Source: Anolis carolinensis (Eukaryota). From it: 64,000 nt of DNA. The stretch is taken from assembly GCF_035594765.1 (NCBI RefSeq), contig NC_085843.1:100603971-100667970 (forward strand), given 5' to 3'. A model generated the notes under the pieces. The model saw nothing but the letters and a program-made list of their open reading frames with translations, had not been told where the DNA came from and searched no databases. The translations under genes were made by a program, and so were the position numbers. Shown piece after piece: positions 12,509 to 25,490 of this stretch (position 1 is the first letter of the stretch; the number at the start of each line of letters is the position of its first letter).

Positions 12509-12604
12509 CTTGAGTGTGTCCAGGATGCCTCGTTTCTTAAATGTCTGGTACAGCCTTTTCCGGAGTTCATCTTGTGATAGAACCTTAGACTCATTTGCAA
12601 ACAT
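12509..12604 (-). CDS. OFD1: OFD1 exon 2 coding part (exon 12509-12610; ATG at 12604)
   Basis: ttgtttttAG|ATC CTG ATG TTT GCA... [32 protein letters not shown]|GT. A further upstream start in exon 1 cannot be excluded. Confidence 0.92.
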
Positions 12605-12884
12605 CAGGATCTAAAAACAAGACAAAACAAAAGCTATAAAGACCTTAAAGTATTTGACAATAGAGACTCTGCCAGCTATTTTATATTCTACTGTCGTGCC
12701 AGAAATGTACATCCAAGGAGTACATAATGAGTGATGTTACACAGGGTTACTTTTGCATGTTTCACACAGCAGTCAGTATGAAATCATTGTGATAAATACA
12801 AAACTAGAAATAGCAGGCTATAGAAGACTGCTTTGTAAATTTAAACTAGATAAAACTTTTTGTATACATCCATCTAATGATTAA

Positions 12885-13012
12885 CAGTAGTTTCCCAGAT
12901 CCCAGATGTCTTGGCCTTCAACTCACAGAAATCCTAACAGCTGGTAAACTGGGTGGAATTTCTGGGAGTTGTATGCCAAAACACCTGAGGGCCCAAAGGG
13001 TGAGAACCACTG
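12885..13012. mobile_element. hAT-type hairpin MITE
   Basis: cagtagtttccca ... gagaaccactg ends; internal caactc(c/a)caga / tctgggagttg inverted repeat. Confidence 0.7.
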
Positions 13013-13520
13013 GATTAACAGAACATTAACCATCAGTCATATTTGAAGAAGAGAAGAAACTGGCATAGAAGTCAATATATTTTCCAAAAAGAGAGAAGAA
13101 AGTTGCCGACTAGTATTGGCTTCTGTTATTGACAGTACCTGAGAAATTACTAATTTGCCTAAGGTATGGATTATGCATTTACTTTATCCTTTATTTAAAG
13201 ACATTCATTATTAGACGCAATTTTAAAAAAATAATGACACAAAATCTAAAGATACACAGATTTTGGTGAACTAATACCCTATGGACCAGGTCAAAGGTCT
13301 ATATAATTCCACACCCTGATGAATCAAACACAGTGTGGGTAGCCGGGGACTTTGCGTGGATACATGGAATGGTGGACCCTATAGGAAACCAGGGCTTCGG
13401 ACACAGGAATACTTTCCAAAATGTATTATGTTGAACAGCATGACATTGCTGCCGAATGTTGACTGCTCTGAGTCTCTCTACGAGGGAGAGAGGGTGGGAT
13501 ATAAAACAAAGTAAATAAAT

Positions 13521-14495
13521 GTGTTGTCGAAGGCTTTCATGGCTGGAATCACTAGGTTGCTGTGAGTTTTCCAGAAGCATTCTCTCATGACGTTTTGCCC
13601 ACATCTATGGTAGGCATCCTCAGAGGTTGTGAGGTCTGTTGGAAACTAGGCAATGGGGTTTATATATCTGTGGAAGGTCCAGGGTGGGAAAAAATAATTT
13701 GATTAGCATTAAATGGCCTTACAGCTTTAAACTCTGGCTGCTTCCTGCCCAAACACGAATCAAAGAGCATGAAAGATACTGCAGACTAATTCAACCAGAG
13801 AAGTCAGCCATAGCAGAGCACTTGATGAACCAAACTCCTTGTCATCGTCTCACTCATTCAGTCGTTTTCGACTCTTCGTGACCTCATGGACCAGTCCACG
13901 CCAGAGCTCCCTGTCGGCCGTCACCGCCCCCAGTCACTTCAAGGATACCGTCCATCCATCTCACCCTTGGTCGGCCTCTATTCCTTTTTCCTGGACACAG
14001 CATATTACTTGAGAACACATAAATGCTGGACCACTCTAACAAACACCATGCCAGACTACACAGAAAAGCCACTGAAATCCACAAGCATGGACAATTTCAA
14101 CAGAAAGGAGGAAACCATAAAAATAATAATCTGTAAAATCAGGACAGTAAATAAAGAACAGCACTCTGAAAACAGGGGAATTCCAGACATTAAACAATCA
14201 GTGCCAGCTAACACCTCCCAACAAAGGATTCCCCCAGGCAGGAAGCAGCCAAGCTCTGAAGCTGCAAGGCCACTTACTGCTAATCAAGGTGGCCAATTAC
14301 ACCATTCACACTTGCCTCAAGCAGACAAGAGTTCTTTCTCCCACTCTGGACTTTCCACAGTTATATAAACCCCACTTGCTTAGTTTCCAACAGACCTCAC
14401 AACCTCTGAGGATGCCTGCCATAGATGTGGGTGAAACATCAGGAGAGAATGCTTCTGGAACATGGCCATACAGCCCGGAAAACTCACAGCAACCC
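13521..14495 (+). mobile_element. Penelope-like element A (inverted 5' piece, GIY-YIG end, terminal repeat)
   Basis: Encodes IKEHERYCRLIQPEKSAIAEHL; TSD AAAGTAAATAAAT 13508-13520 / 14496-14508. Confidence 0.85.
13838..13990 (-). mobile_element. BovB/RTE 3' fragment nested in Penelope A
   Basis: Reverse complement matches the tail of the RTE at 59260-59420; interrupts the Penelope sequence aaccaa|cctggacacag. Confidence 0.8.
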
Positions 14496-14509
14496 AAAGT
14501 AAATAAATA

Positions 14510-15784
14510 CTTTGAAAAACAGGCCCTAGAAACAGCATCAAAAAAGCCAACTGTTTGGTTCAGATACGTAGATGACACCTCCACAATTTGGAGCCATGGA
14601 GAGGAAGAACTCAGCAAGTTCCTGGACCATCTTAACAGCATCCACCCAAACATCCGATTCACCATGGAAAAAGAAAAGGAAGGAAAACTGCCATTTCTAG
14701 ATGTTCTGGTCATCCGCAAACCCAATCAACAATTGGGCCACACAGTTTACAGAAAACCTACGCACACAGATAGATACCTTCATAAAAACTCCAACCATCA
14801 CCCAAGTCAAAAAAGGAGCACAATCAAAGCCCTGACAGACCGTGCACAAAGAATCTGTGAACCTCACCTCCTCCAAGGTGAACTAAACCACCTAAACTGG
14901 GCTCTACAGGCCAATGGATACTCCACCACAGACATCAGAAGAGCTGCAAGGCCAAGAACAAGCCATGAGAGTCAAGTCAAAGATCCACCCAGAGGAAAGG
15001 TGTTCTTACCATACATCAAGGGAACCACTTGATGCATAGGCAAACTGATGAAGAAGCACAACCTACAAACTATCTACAGACTCACAAAGAAAATCCAACA
15101 AATGCTACGGTCAGCGAAGGACAAGAGGGATCCTCTCTCCTCTGCAGGAGTCTACCGGATACCATGTAGCTGTGGACAAGTATACATAGGGACCACCAAA
15201 CGCAGTGCCCAAACAAGAGTCAAAGAACATGAAAGGCACTGCAGACTAATTCAACCAGAGAAATCAGCCATAGCAGAGCACTTGATGAACCAGCCTAGAC
15301 ACAGTATATTATTTGAGAACACAGAAATGCTGGACCATTCCAACAACTATCATGTCAGACTACACAGAGAAGCCATTGAAATCCACAAGCATGTGGACAA
15401 CTTCAACAGAAAGGAAGAAACCATAAAAATGAACAAAATCTGGCTACCAGTATTAAAAAACTCTAAAATCAAAACAGTGGATGGGAACCAACACTCTGAG
15501 GGCAGAGCACAACTAATGACTAACAAGGGATGCCCCCAGGCAAGAGACAAAAACCTTTCCAATGCTAATTAGGGCGATTAACTGAAACATTAATGCTGGC
15601 TTCCCAGTGACAAAGGACTCTTGCCATACCCTGGACTCTACACAGATATATATTCTTTCCTTTCCTTACTTAGTTTATTCATACCTCACAACCTCTAAGG
15701 ATGCCTGCCATAGATGTGGGCAAAACGTCAGGAGAGAATACTTCTGGAACATGGCCACACAGCCCGAGAGACACACAACAACCC
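14510..15784 (+). mobile_element. Penelope-like element B, 5'-truncated: RT C-terminus plus GIY-YIG endonuclease
   Basis: WFRYVDD and LPFLDV..VYRKPT RT motifs; GVYRIPCSCGQVYIGTT GIY-YIG; a single in-frame stop at 15030-15032; TSD TAAATAAATA 14500-14509 / 15785-15794. Confidence 0.93.
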
Positions 15785-16223
15785 TAAATAAATAAAGCCA
15801 AGATTATGTATTTTGCTGGATATGGATAAAGGAACCTGCAGATACTAGTCCTGGAGATATGGGAGGGCCATACTATATTGGCATTTAGTCAGTTGTCAAT
15901 TGCAGTTCAGCTACTGGATGCAGTTATCACTGGCTGGGCTGCCAAGCACAACTGCATTCCATTCATTGTCTTGTTTTCCTTTTTTGAGTTTAAAACTGAA
16001 GGTTTAGGTTGTAACAATGTATGAGCCATATTGCCTGAAAGGCGAGACACAAGGGCTAAATGTTTGGTTCTTAAAAATAAATACCTTCCCTATCACACCT
16101 TTTAAACATTTTTCTAGGAATAAGATTAAGCAAGCAAAGCTCTGGTGGTACATAGCACCCAGAAGAAACCTGAACCTTTTTTCACTCTGATTATTGTAAA
16201 TGCCAGCGATAAAGACTGTATAG

Positions 16224-16393
16224 CAGGCATGAGCAAACTTGGGCCCCCCAGGTGTTTTGGACTTCAAACTCCCACCATTCCTAACAGCCTCGGGCCCCGT
16301 CCTTTTCCCCCTCAGCCACTTGAGCTGAGGTTGTTAGGAATGGTGGGAGTTGAAGTCCAAAACGCCTGGGGGGCCCAAGTTTGCCCATGCCTG
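16224..16393. mobile_element. hAT MITE
   Basis: TIR CAGGCATGAGCAAACTT / AAGTTTGCCCATGCCTG; 8-bp TSD CTGTATAG 16216-16223 / 16394-16401. Confidence 0.9.
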
Positions 16394-16549
16394 CTGTATA
16401 GAGAAAACAAACAAACAAAAAGAGCTGGCACTCCACCTTTTTTCCTTTCAAAGTATGCCTGTTTGGTCCTTTGATCCTCTTTACAGTTCAGTCTTGGAAA
16501 AATAGGCTAACATTCCCTACTTATGAGGACTGACGATGAACCCCAAGTG

Positions 16550-17200
16550 CGCCTTCAATGGCACATACACTGATAGGCTCCGCGAAGGAGAAGGATATCA
16601 ACTGAGGCGACGAGGCTCAACAGACGCGCGGCTTGCCCCGCCAACTGACGGGGCGCGACTGCGCACGCGCAGATCCCAAGGCCCCGCCCATTCCTGACGA
16701 GCCATGAAGTGCGACTCCTACCCTAATCTACCGATCCACTCGCTGGGAAACATTGCCGGAACTCTCGCGATAACATGTTGCTGGGGTATCAATAATTAAG
16801 GCGTTTGCCCGGCACTCTCGCGAGAGTATTCAAAATAGGGCGGTCTTTTTGATGCTAGAATAGAGACTCTCAACAGGTCAAGTCGGTATCGTGACGACAT
16901 CAAACCGCGCCGGATGTTTTGGGTAAGAAGGAAGTACTTTCTTTTATTTCCACTCCGCACTTGAAACTGAGGTACTCTCTTGTTACTTAATTCCGTTAAA
17001 GGGAGAGAAGGGTGGGAAATAATGTCGCTTCGTAATTGGGAGGTGGCAGGCGGGGTGGGCTCAAAGCTGTTGGAGGTGGCCGATGAAGTCCCTGCTAGGT
17101 CGAATCTCCTGGGCAACGGTGACGTAGCTGTTCTTGTGGGTGAGGGCCTCCTCATGGGGGACACAGAGTGTGTGGCGCGGAGAGGCCATGGCCGCAGCTA
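16550..17200. promoter_or_regulatory. CpG-island bidirectional promoter of OFD1 (-) and TRAPPC2 (+)
   Basis: CpG-rich patch between head-to-head genes. NRF1-type TGCGCACGCGCA 16660-16671; GC box 16681-16689; TCTCGCGAGA 16816-16825 and variant TCTCGCGATA 16763-16772; candidate TRAPPC2 exon-1 donor GG|GTAAGA at 16923. Confidence 0.85.
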
Positions 17201-17384
17201 GACAGTAGAATTAATGCAGGTTGATACTTTAACTGCCGTGACTCATTGCTATGGAATAATAGGATTTGTAGTTGGCAAATGGGGGGTTGTGGTGCTTCCA
17301 CAAACTACCAATACCAGGATTCCATAGCATTGAACCATAGCTGTTTATGGGGAGCCAAACTGCATCAATGCATCTTGAGAGCGC

Positions 17385-17545
17385 GGGTGAGCGCCCTATG
17401 TCAGCTCCAGTTCCATGTGGGGACATGAGAGAAGCCTCCCACAAGGATGGTAAAAACATCCAAAGCATCTGGGCGTCCCCTGGGCAACGTCCTTGCAGAC
17501 GGCCAATTCTCTCATACCAGAAGCGACATGCAGTTTCTCAATACA
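17385..17545 (+). mobile_element. 5'-truncated SINE (second tail type)
   Basis: Same body as 18385-18640 (gcctcccacaaggatggtaaa..cccctgggcaacgtcc). Confidence 0.75.
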
Positions 17546-17678
17546 CACACACAAAAATCCTGAGACAGAAATGCAGACCCAAAGGCCAGGACCAATGCAT
17601 GTACTTTCAAGTTACCTGCTATCTTATGGCGACTTCATGAATATCAAGAGGTGATTTTGCCAGTTCCTTCCTCTAAAG

Positions 17679-17812
17679 CTGTAGTTCTCAACCTGTGAGT
17701 CCCCAGGTGTTTTGGCCTACAATCCCCAGAAATCCTAGCCAATTTACCAGCTGTTAGGATTTCTGGAAGTTGAAGGCCAAAACATCTAGGACCCACGGGT
17801 TGAGAACCACTG
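17679..17812. mobile_element. hAT MITE
   Basis: ctgtagttctcaacc / ggttgagaaccactg ends; TSD CTCTAAAG / CTCTAAAA. Confidence 0.8.
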
Positions 17813-17984
17813 CTCTAAAATATAGCCAACAACTCCAAGGAGTCCTTGGTCATCTTCAAACCCGCACAGCAGCCTCCACAGAAACCGCTGATGGCTTCCC
17901 ATCAGTGATGACCCTCTTCAGCCTCCAAGATTAGATGGGATCAGGTGCCTTTAGGATGTTCCGGCACAGCAAGACCAGAAAGAT

Positions 17985-18305
17985 AAAGGTAAAGGTTTTC
18001 CCCTGATGTTAAGTCTAGTCATGTCCGACTTGGGGGTTGGTGCTCATATCCATTTCTAAGCTGAAGAGCCGGCATTGTCCGTAGACATCTCCAAGGTCAT
18101 GTGGCCGGCATGACTGCATGGAGCACCGTTACCTTCCCTCTGGAGCGGTACCTATTGATCTACTCACATTTGCATGTTTTCAAACTGCTAGGTTGACAGA
18201 ATCTGTGGCTAATAGCGGGTGCTCACTCCGCTCTCCAGATTCGAACCTGCGACCTTTTTGTCCGCAAATTCAGCAGCTCAGTAGTTTAACCCGCTGTGCC
18301 ACTGG
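17985..18305 (-). mobile_element. Sauria-type SINE
   Basis: aaggtaaaggttttcccc tail and tRNA-like head with GTTCGAATC B box on the minus strand. Confidence 0.85.
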
Positions 18306-18384
18306 AGGCTGGCAGGAACAGTCGTTGTTAGCAATTCTTACATTTTCACACCAACCAGAACACAAAGTTCAACTCAGTAAGTGG

Positions 18385-18640
18385 AGCCTCCGGTGGCCTA
18401 GGGGATAAAAACCTTGTGACTTGAAGGTTGGGTTGCTGACCTGAAGGCTGCCAGGTTCGAATCCCACCCGGGGAGAGCGCGGATGAGCTCCCTCTATCAG
18501 CTCCAGCTCCATGCAGGGACATGAGAGAAGCCTCCCACAAGGATGGTAAAACATCCGGGCGTCCCCTGGGCAACGTCCTTGCAGACGGCCAATTCTCTCA
18601 CTGCAGAAGCAACTCCGGTTGCTCCTGACACGAGGAAAAA
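18385..18640 (+). mobile_element. tRNA-headed SINE, second tail type (A-tailed)
   Basis: GGTTCGAATCCC B box; tail ...gctcctgacacgaggaaaaa differs from the ACCTTT tail. Confidence 0.8.
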
Positions 18641-18722
18641 ACTCAGTAAGTAGTAATAATAATAATATATTTTATTTATTATCCATCTTTCCTGATGGGT
18701 TGAGGCGGAGGACAAGTCAAAA

Positions 18723-18724
<2 letters not shown>

Positions 18725-18763
<39 letters not shown>
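18725..18763. repeat. (TA)n microsatellite
   Basis: Direct reading. Confidence 0.95.
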
Positions 18764-18766
<3 letters not shown>

Positions 18767-18848
18767 TAAATTGTTATTATTTGCTATATTTATATCCCAC
18801 CCTTCTCACCCTGAAGGGAACTCACCAAACATACAGAAAATACATATA

Positions 18849-19156
18849 CAGTAGAGTCTCACTTATCCAACATAAACGGGCCGGCAGAATGTTGGATAAG
18901 CGAATATGTTGGATAATAAGGAGGGATTAAGGAAAAGCCTATTACACATCAAATTAGGTTATGATTTTACAAATTAAGCACCAAAACATCATGTTTAACA
19001 ACAAATTTGACAGGAAAAGTAGTTCAATACGCAGTAATGCTATGTAGTAATTACTGTATTTACGAATTTAGCACCAAAATATCACGATGTATTGAAAACA
19101 TTGACTACAAAAATGCATTGGCTAATCCAGAACGTTGGATAAGTGAGACTCTACTG
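18849..19156. mobile_element. Tigger-like MITE (same family as 3049)
   Basis: TIR CAGTAGAGTCTCACTTATCCAAC; TA TSD. Confidence 0.9.
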
Positions 19157-20523
19157 TAGTACCAATAGAATGTAAATCAAAATTCATGGTTGAAAGTTGA
19201 CTGGTAGGTCTGCCAGAAGAGATGGCTCTTCATTTTAGTATTGAATTCTGATGCCTCATTTAGCTGCCAGAGGTCTTCTGGCAGGTTGCTCCACAATTGC
19301 GGAGCGGCCAATGAAAAGGTCTTCTGCCTGATGGTCACCAGTCAGGTTCTTACAGGCTGGCATAGATGCCCCCCCCCTCAAAGGACCTAAGTGTATTGGA
19401 CAGAATGTATAGGAAAAGGCTATCCTGTAGGTTGGCCTGCCAGCATAGTTAAGCACTACATGTATTGCTTGCAAAGTACAGCTCAATTCTGTGCAAAGTA
19501 CCTAAATTAAAATCCTTGTTCTGTTTTTTGCTGAAAGGAGACTAGGTTTGAAATTACCACTTGGCCATTAAACTCCCTAAGTGAGGGACATCACACACTC
19601 TCAACCTCAGAGGCAAGCAGTGCCAAATTTTGTCCAGAGCACACACATCCCTCTCTCAAAGTACCCAGCGTTTACAAATGCTGTTAGATACCATTTGCAC
19701 TGCCACTGTTCAGTCCTGTGGAATCCTGGGAAGACATAGTTGAGGCACCAGCACTCTTTGGCAGGGAATGCTAAAGGCCCTTGTAAAGCTACTTTAAGCC
19801 TCCTTTAACAGAGGAAAGCAGGATATAAATAAATCTAATATTGTAATTATCATCCTACAACTCCCCAGATTCCTTAGCATTGAGCCATGACAGTGAAAGT
19901 GGTGTCAAACTGCATTCATTCTACAGTGCTTAGTGCTGAAGAGTCCCTCATCAAGAATAGGACACATTTGGAAAGTTTTCCTATGTTAAGTTTGGTAAAT
20001 TCTCAGTCTGGAGTGCATTGTACCTGTTACATTCCTTAGTGACTTTGAGTGCATCTACACAGTAAATTAAATGTAGTTTGATACCATTTTAACTGCCATA
20101 GCTCAATGCCATGGAATCATGGGAGTTGTTGTTTTACAAAGTGTTTAGTTTTCTCTACCAAAGTGCATGTTCATCACCAAACTGCAACTCCCGTTATTTC
20201 ACAGCATTGAGCCATGGCAGTTAAAATGGTATCAAACTACAGGTAATTCTACTTAGTAGATCAGCTGTTCTCAAGCTGTGCTCTCAGACTTGTCATTTAT
20301 TTTCCTTGCACTACAAACAAGATATGTGTACTGTGCATAGGCATTTGTTTGTGTTTCTGCCTCTGACCTAGCCCATCTGTCAAATTTTAAAATGCAACGC
20401 AGCCCCTGTGTCTAAAGGTTTCTTGGGACTCCATGAGAAACCTTTCCTTCAACAAGGACTCAAAGACTTTTAAAGTATGAAAACCCCTGTATTAAGAGTG
20501 ATGGTACCAACTTGACACTTTGA

Positions 20524-20670
<147 letters not shown>

Positions 20671-21276
20671 TGAAATCTTGTTTAAATATTGTACTTGTAC
20701 ATAGTATTGAAATCAGGGCATCAGAGCCATTTAGGGACTTGATTTTTCATCTTATCTAAATTAGTTGCCATTAACATCATTATTGCCCCAAAGTAATAAA
20801 TCCAAATATCTGGTATTTGTTTCTTCCTCCTTCCCAAAATTGTAGTTTGATTAATTTGAAGAAAGACACTAAACCAAGAAAAGTGCCTGGTGTAAACTAG
20901 ATCGACAAGCAAGACTGCCACTGCTCCTATCTGTCCACTTAGCTTGGCACAGGGGAATCCTTGGCAGTGTAGTCCAGTCCTGGATTCCACACCAACAAAG
21001 GATAAAATGCTCCACTGAACTCAGCACTGTCTCATTGAAATAAGTGTACAGACCTATAATGAGATAAAGGGAAATAGAAAATGTAGAATTACAAGTACTG
21101 TAGAAAGATGTACTGAAGCAAAACAAAGAAGAGCTAAACTTATGTTTTAATAACAACTAACAGCATTGACTAAGAACTCAGGATCATGTCAGGTTGTGAA
21201 ATGATGGACAGGTTCAGAGCCTAACTCTTCTTTTTTACTAGTGAAAATCCAGAAAGTTTGAATCACAAATCAAGTA

Positions 21277-21581
21277 CAGTAGAGTCTCGCTTATGCAACG
21301 TTCTGGATTATCCAACACATTTTTGTAGTCAATGTTTTCAATACATCGTGATATTTTGTTGCTAAATTCGTAAATACAGTAATGACTGCATAGTATTACT
21401 GCGTATTGAACTACTTTTTCTATCAAATTTGTTGTATAACATGTTTTGGTGCTTAATTTGTAAAATCATAACCTAATTTGATGTGTAATAGGCTTTTCCT
21501 TAATCTCTCCTTATTATCCAACATATTCACTTATCCAACATTCTGCCAGCCCGTTTATGTTGGATAAGTAAGACTCTACTG
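21277..21581. mobile_element. Tigger-like MITE (inverted relative to the 18849 copy)
   Basis: Same TIRs; TA TSD. Confidence 0.9.
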
Positions 21582-22181
21582 TACCTAGTACTTGGTGAGC
21601 AATCGATCATACAAGCTGTTTTATTTTTGTAGCAATCCAAACTGAAGATGAGGAAGAAATTGAATACTTAATTGTACTTTTTAAAAACTTTTGGCATATG
21701 TGCTAGCTCTCAACAGGAGCAGATAGATCCTGTTTTGCTGATCATCAGTGGGCCAGTTCATTGATTTGAAGGTGCCAAACTCATAGTAATACAGATGTGT
21801 TACATTAATTTGTTCCATTAACAACAGAAACAAAACTTTTGGAATCGCTGACCAAAAATGAATGTAGATATCTAAAAGCAACCACATTTGTCTTCCATGT
21901 TATGAAAAAACTGCAGGGAGTTGGTAAATTTTACTATGCATGCCACAGTAAAATATTTTATATATATGCAAAAAGGTTGGAAATATAGATATGTTTTTGG
22001 ATATCTGTGATCTGCTTTGAATAGAATATACTGGCTCAATTCCTGATTCTAATTCCAGACATACATTATATTATTTTGAAAGGTACTTAAATACTGCATA
22101 GTTATTTGTTGTATTATAGACAGATTTTACACCAAGCAGTATGTCAGATAAAATTATGCTTTATTCTGTTTTTGAGGATAA

Positions 22182-22373
<192 letters not shown>

Positions 22374-22542
22374 TGATGAGGAACTTGATAAAACATGAGC
22401 TTGGAACAATGGTTGAGATCTTTAAAAGACTTCCAAAAGATGAATCAATTTGCAGAATTGAACAAGATCTTGTTGGAGGGATGGTGAGACAACATTTGCA
22501 AATTTACTTCCCTTACAACCTGTTTTCTTGGTCTCTGTCTAG

Positions 22543-22674
22543 AGCAGAGTTTCTCAAACTGTGCTCCTTTAGATGTTTAGGACTTCAGTTCCCACAATTC
22601 CTAACAGCTGGCGAACTAGCTGGTATTTCTGGGAGTCCAAAACACCTTGAGGAGCAGAGTTTGAGAAACACTTG
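22543..22674. mobile_element. hAT-type MITE inside the U12 intron
   Basis: cagagtttctcaaact / agtttgagaaacacttg ends; tctagag / tttagag flanks. Confidence 0.7.
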
Positions 22675-23650
22675 TTTAGAGTCCCCAAACTCCACAAAGT
22701 AGGTTTCCCTTCCAGTGACAGAAGCATCCCATAGCAGCTTTTAGAGGCTATCCTACCAGTAGAAGCAACCTTGGAATTACAACTGTTTGTGTAAGATACA
22801 CACTTAAATTAAGCTGGTGCAGGATTATATGATTTAGAGTAATGGGGCCTATCACAAGATACTGGAAAGGATTAAAAGATGCTCTTGGCTCAAGCAAACA
22901 GTTCTTTGATGCATAGTAAGAATCCAGACTATGGCTGTCAAACTCATGTTCATGGAGGTTGACATCAATTTTATGGTTGCTTTCAAAGGTCCATTGAACC
23001 AATGGATAGAATTCTTGGATACAGAGGGCCAACTAGAATTCTTTTAGCCAGTGATTGGTGTGCTTTAGTTTTTACTCAGTGTGGGTCCCCAAATATTATT
23101 GGACAATAATGCCCATCACTTTTGATTGTCTGCTATGTGGACTAGGGATAATGGGAATTGCAACCCAACAGCACTTGTGGCTCAGGGGTTAAAGGACATC
23201 TTAAAGTCAGATGAAATCTCCACAAGTCTTGTATCTAAATCCAAACCCCACTATCCTGACTAAACGGAATGAATTGCATCTTTCCAGATGTTGAAAGTAG
23301 CAAAACTCCCATCAGCTCTAGTCATGATGAGGAATATAAGAGTTGTAATCCAGCATCTGGAGGGACACGTACAATCTATATGTTGCTAAAACCTAACACT
23401 GTTTCTATATCATCAGGTTTAATAGTGCAGACTCTGGGCCAATAGAAGACTAGGTGGAAGCAAATAAACTGATCTTGAATCTGGCAAAACGGAGGGCAGT
23501 TGGTGGTCCTGTTATTTGATATAGTTTAACTCTTCCAGATGGGAATCCTATGAAGAAGCAGATTTGTAGACTAGTGATTGCTCCTTGACCTCTTAGTGGC
23601 TAGGGACAGTGTTTCCCAGCTTTGAAATGTACAGCAGCTATGATCTACAG

Positions 23651-24013
23651 CAGTTGTTCTCAACCTGGGGTCTCCACACGTTTTTGGTCTTCAACTCCCA
23701 GAAATCCTAACAGCTGATAAACTGGCTGTGATTTCTGGGAGTTGTAGGCCAAAAACATCTGGAGACCCCAGATGTTTGAAAACCACTGCTCTACTGGAAT
23801 CATCTTACCAAGAATAATCTAGGCATGGCATTTCTTGTCACTGTAACTCAGTTACCTTTATTTCCAAAATTGTTCTAGGTTAGTGGTTCTCACTCTACGG
23901 GTCCCGATGTTTTGGCCTTCAACTCCCAGAAATCGTAACTGCTGGTAAACTGGCTGGGACTGCTGGGAGTTGTAGGCCAAAACACCTGGGGACCCACAGG
24001 TTGAGAACCACTG
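23651..24013. mobile_element. Two hAT-type MITEs (about 23651-23788 and 23881-24013) inside the U12 intron
   Basis: (c/t)agt(t/g)gttctca ... aaccactg ends; same family as 17679. Confidence 0.75.
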
Positions 24014-24086
24014 TTCAAGGTTCTTTATTTTCATGATTTTAAATTATATGCTGTCCTGGGTTTTTTTTTTATACATATTTTCTTAA

Positions 24087-24224
<138 letters not shown>

Positions 24225-25182
24225 TAACCGTAGGAGTCGGGGGGGGCATACCTTTGCACTTACTTTGCTTTAAGTATTAGCATGTGCAAATATAGGAAAT
24301 AAATAAATAAATAATCTAGAAGAACCATAACAACAGTGAAGTGGAAATTTCTCAGTTTAGGCACAGATTGTATTACAGAACAGTGCACTGCTACTTCCCA
24401 ACCCACATGGACGGTCCACTATAGCTGTTACAAGTTGTTGACTGTAAATGAAGATTGCTTTTCAGAATGCTGCCAGACTCATGTCTTGTTAAAAAGAAAC
24501 AGTATGGTCTGGTTAAAAGCTACTGTATATTCCACATCTTGTGAAACTAACTTCCTAAGCAGTAAAAAGGGTACATATGTTGCCTTTTCAGATCACTAAG
24601 TAAAAAATGTAGCCTGCTTCTCTATACGATAATGAAATATAACAACAAAACTAGAATTGGCTGAAACTGTAGATCTTGACTTGAAGTATCTTTTGTCTAG
24701 GCAGCATTCTTGTAATTACATTATCAACAAAACAATATACTTCTCAGGGTAAAAAAAAAACACAATATTGAATCTTTGACTCCACCTACATTTGAAAAGA
24801 CTGTCTTAATCTTTTTTTAAAAAAATCTTTATTGAAAGTTTCTAAACCAGGTATAATTAAAAGATAGAGAAGGTTGGAAAGGGGATTGTTGGTTTGAGAA
24901 AGGGAAAGTAGGAAAAAATGAAAAAAGGTTTTAAAAAGGGTGAGAAAATGGGAAGGTGTGAATATAGGGGGAAAGGGGGAGGGGAATTTTTTTATTTTCC
25001 AGTCTTCTTCTTTGCATTATTTTATATTTTTAATTCTCTTCGTAATTTTTTTAATTGTCCTTCCCCAAATTTTAGTGCATTTTCAGGGACCTTTCATTTC
25101 TGTCTTCTTTAGTTTTATATTTTTATAATTTTTATATATAGTCTTAATTCTTAATATGTTCTATGTTAACTTCTTTCCTTAG

Positions 25183-25281
<99 letters not shown>

Positions 25282-25484
25282 AATACCGTGTCCATACTGT
25301 ATTATTACTTAATATATGTCCTATTGTATGTTTGTCATCTTCTGGATGTGAGGACCAGTCTGCAGTCTAAAGGTTCAAAATATCCACAAACCAGAGGAGA
25401 AAATTAAAACAACCTCTGCTGCCCAGCAATTAGTGTCTCCAAAGGGATTGATCATTGAAGTTGTAAAATATGTATATATAACGA

Positions 25485-25490
25485 AATAAA
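25485..25490 (+). terminator. Candidate TRAPPC2 polyadenylation signal
   Basis: AATAAA about 200 bp after the stop, followed by GT-rich sequence. Confidence 0.55.

Noticed and set aside
14289-14509. N-terminal part of the 247-aa ORF as real protein
   Set aside because: Reads through the non-coding terminal repeat of a separate insertion; only the part after 14510 is RT.
18385-18470. tRNA gene (GGTTCGAATCCC B box)
   Set aside because: It is a SINE head; no full cloverleaf.
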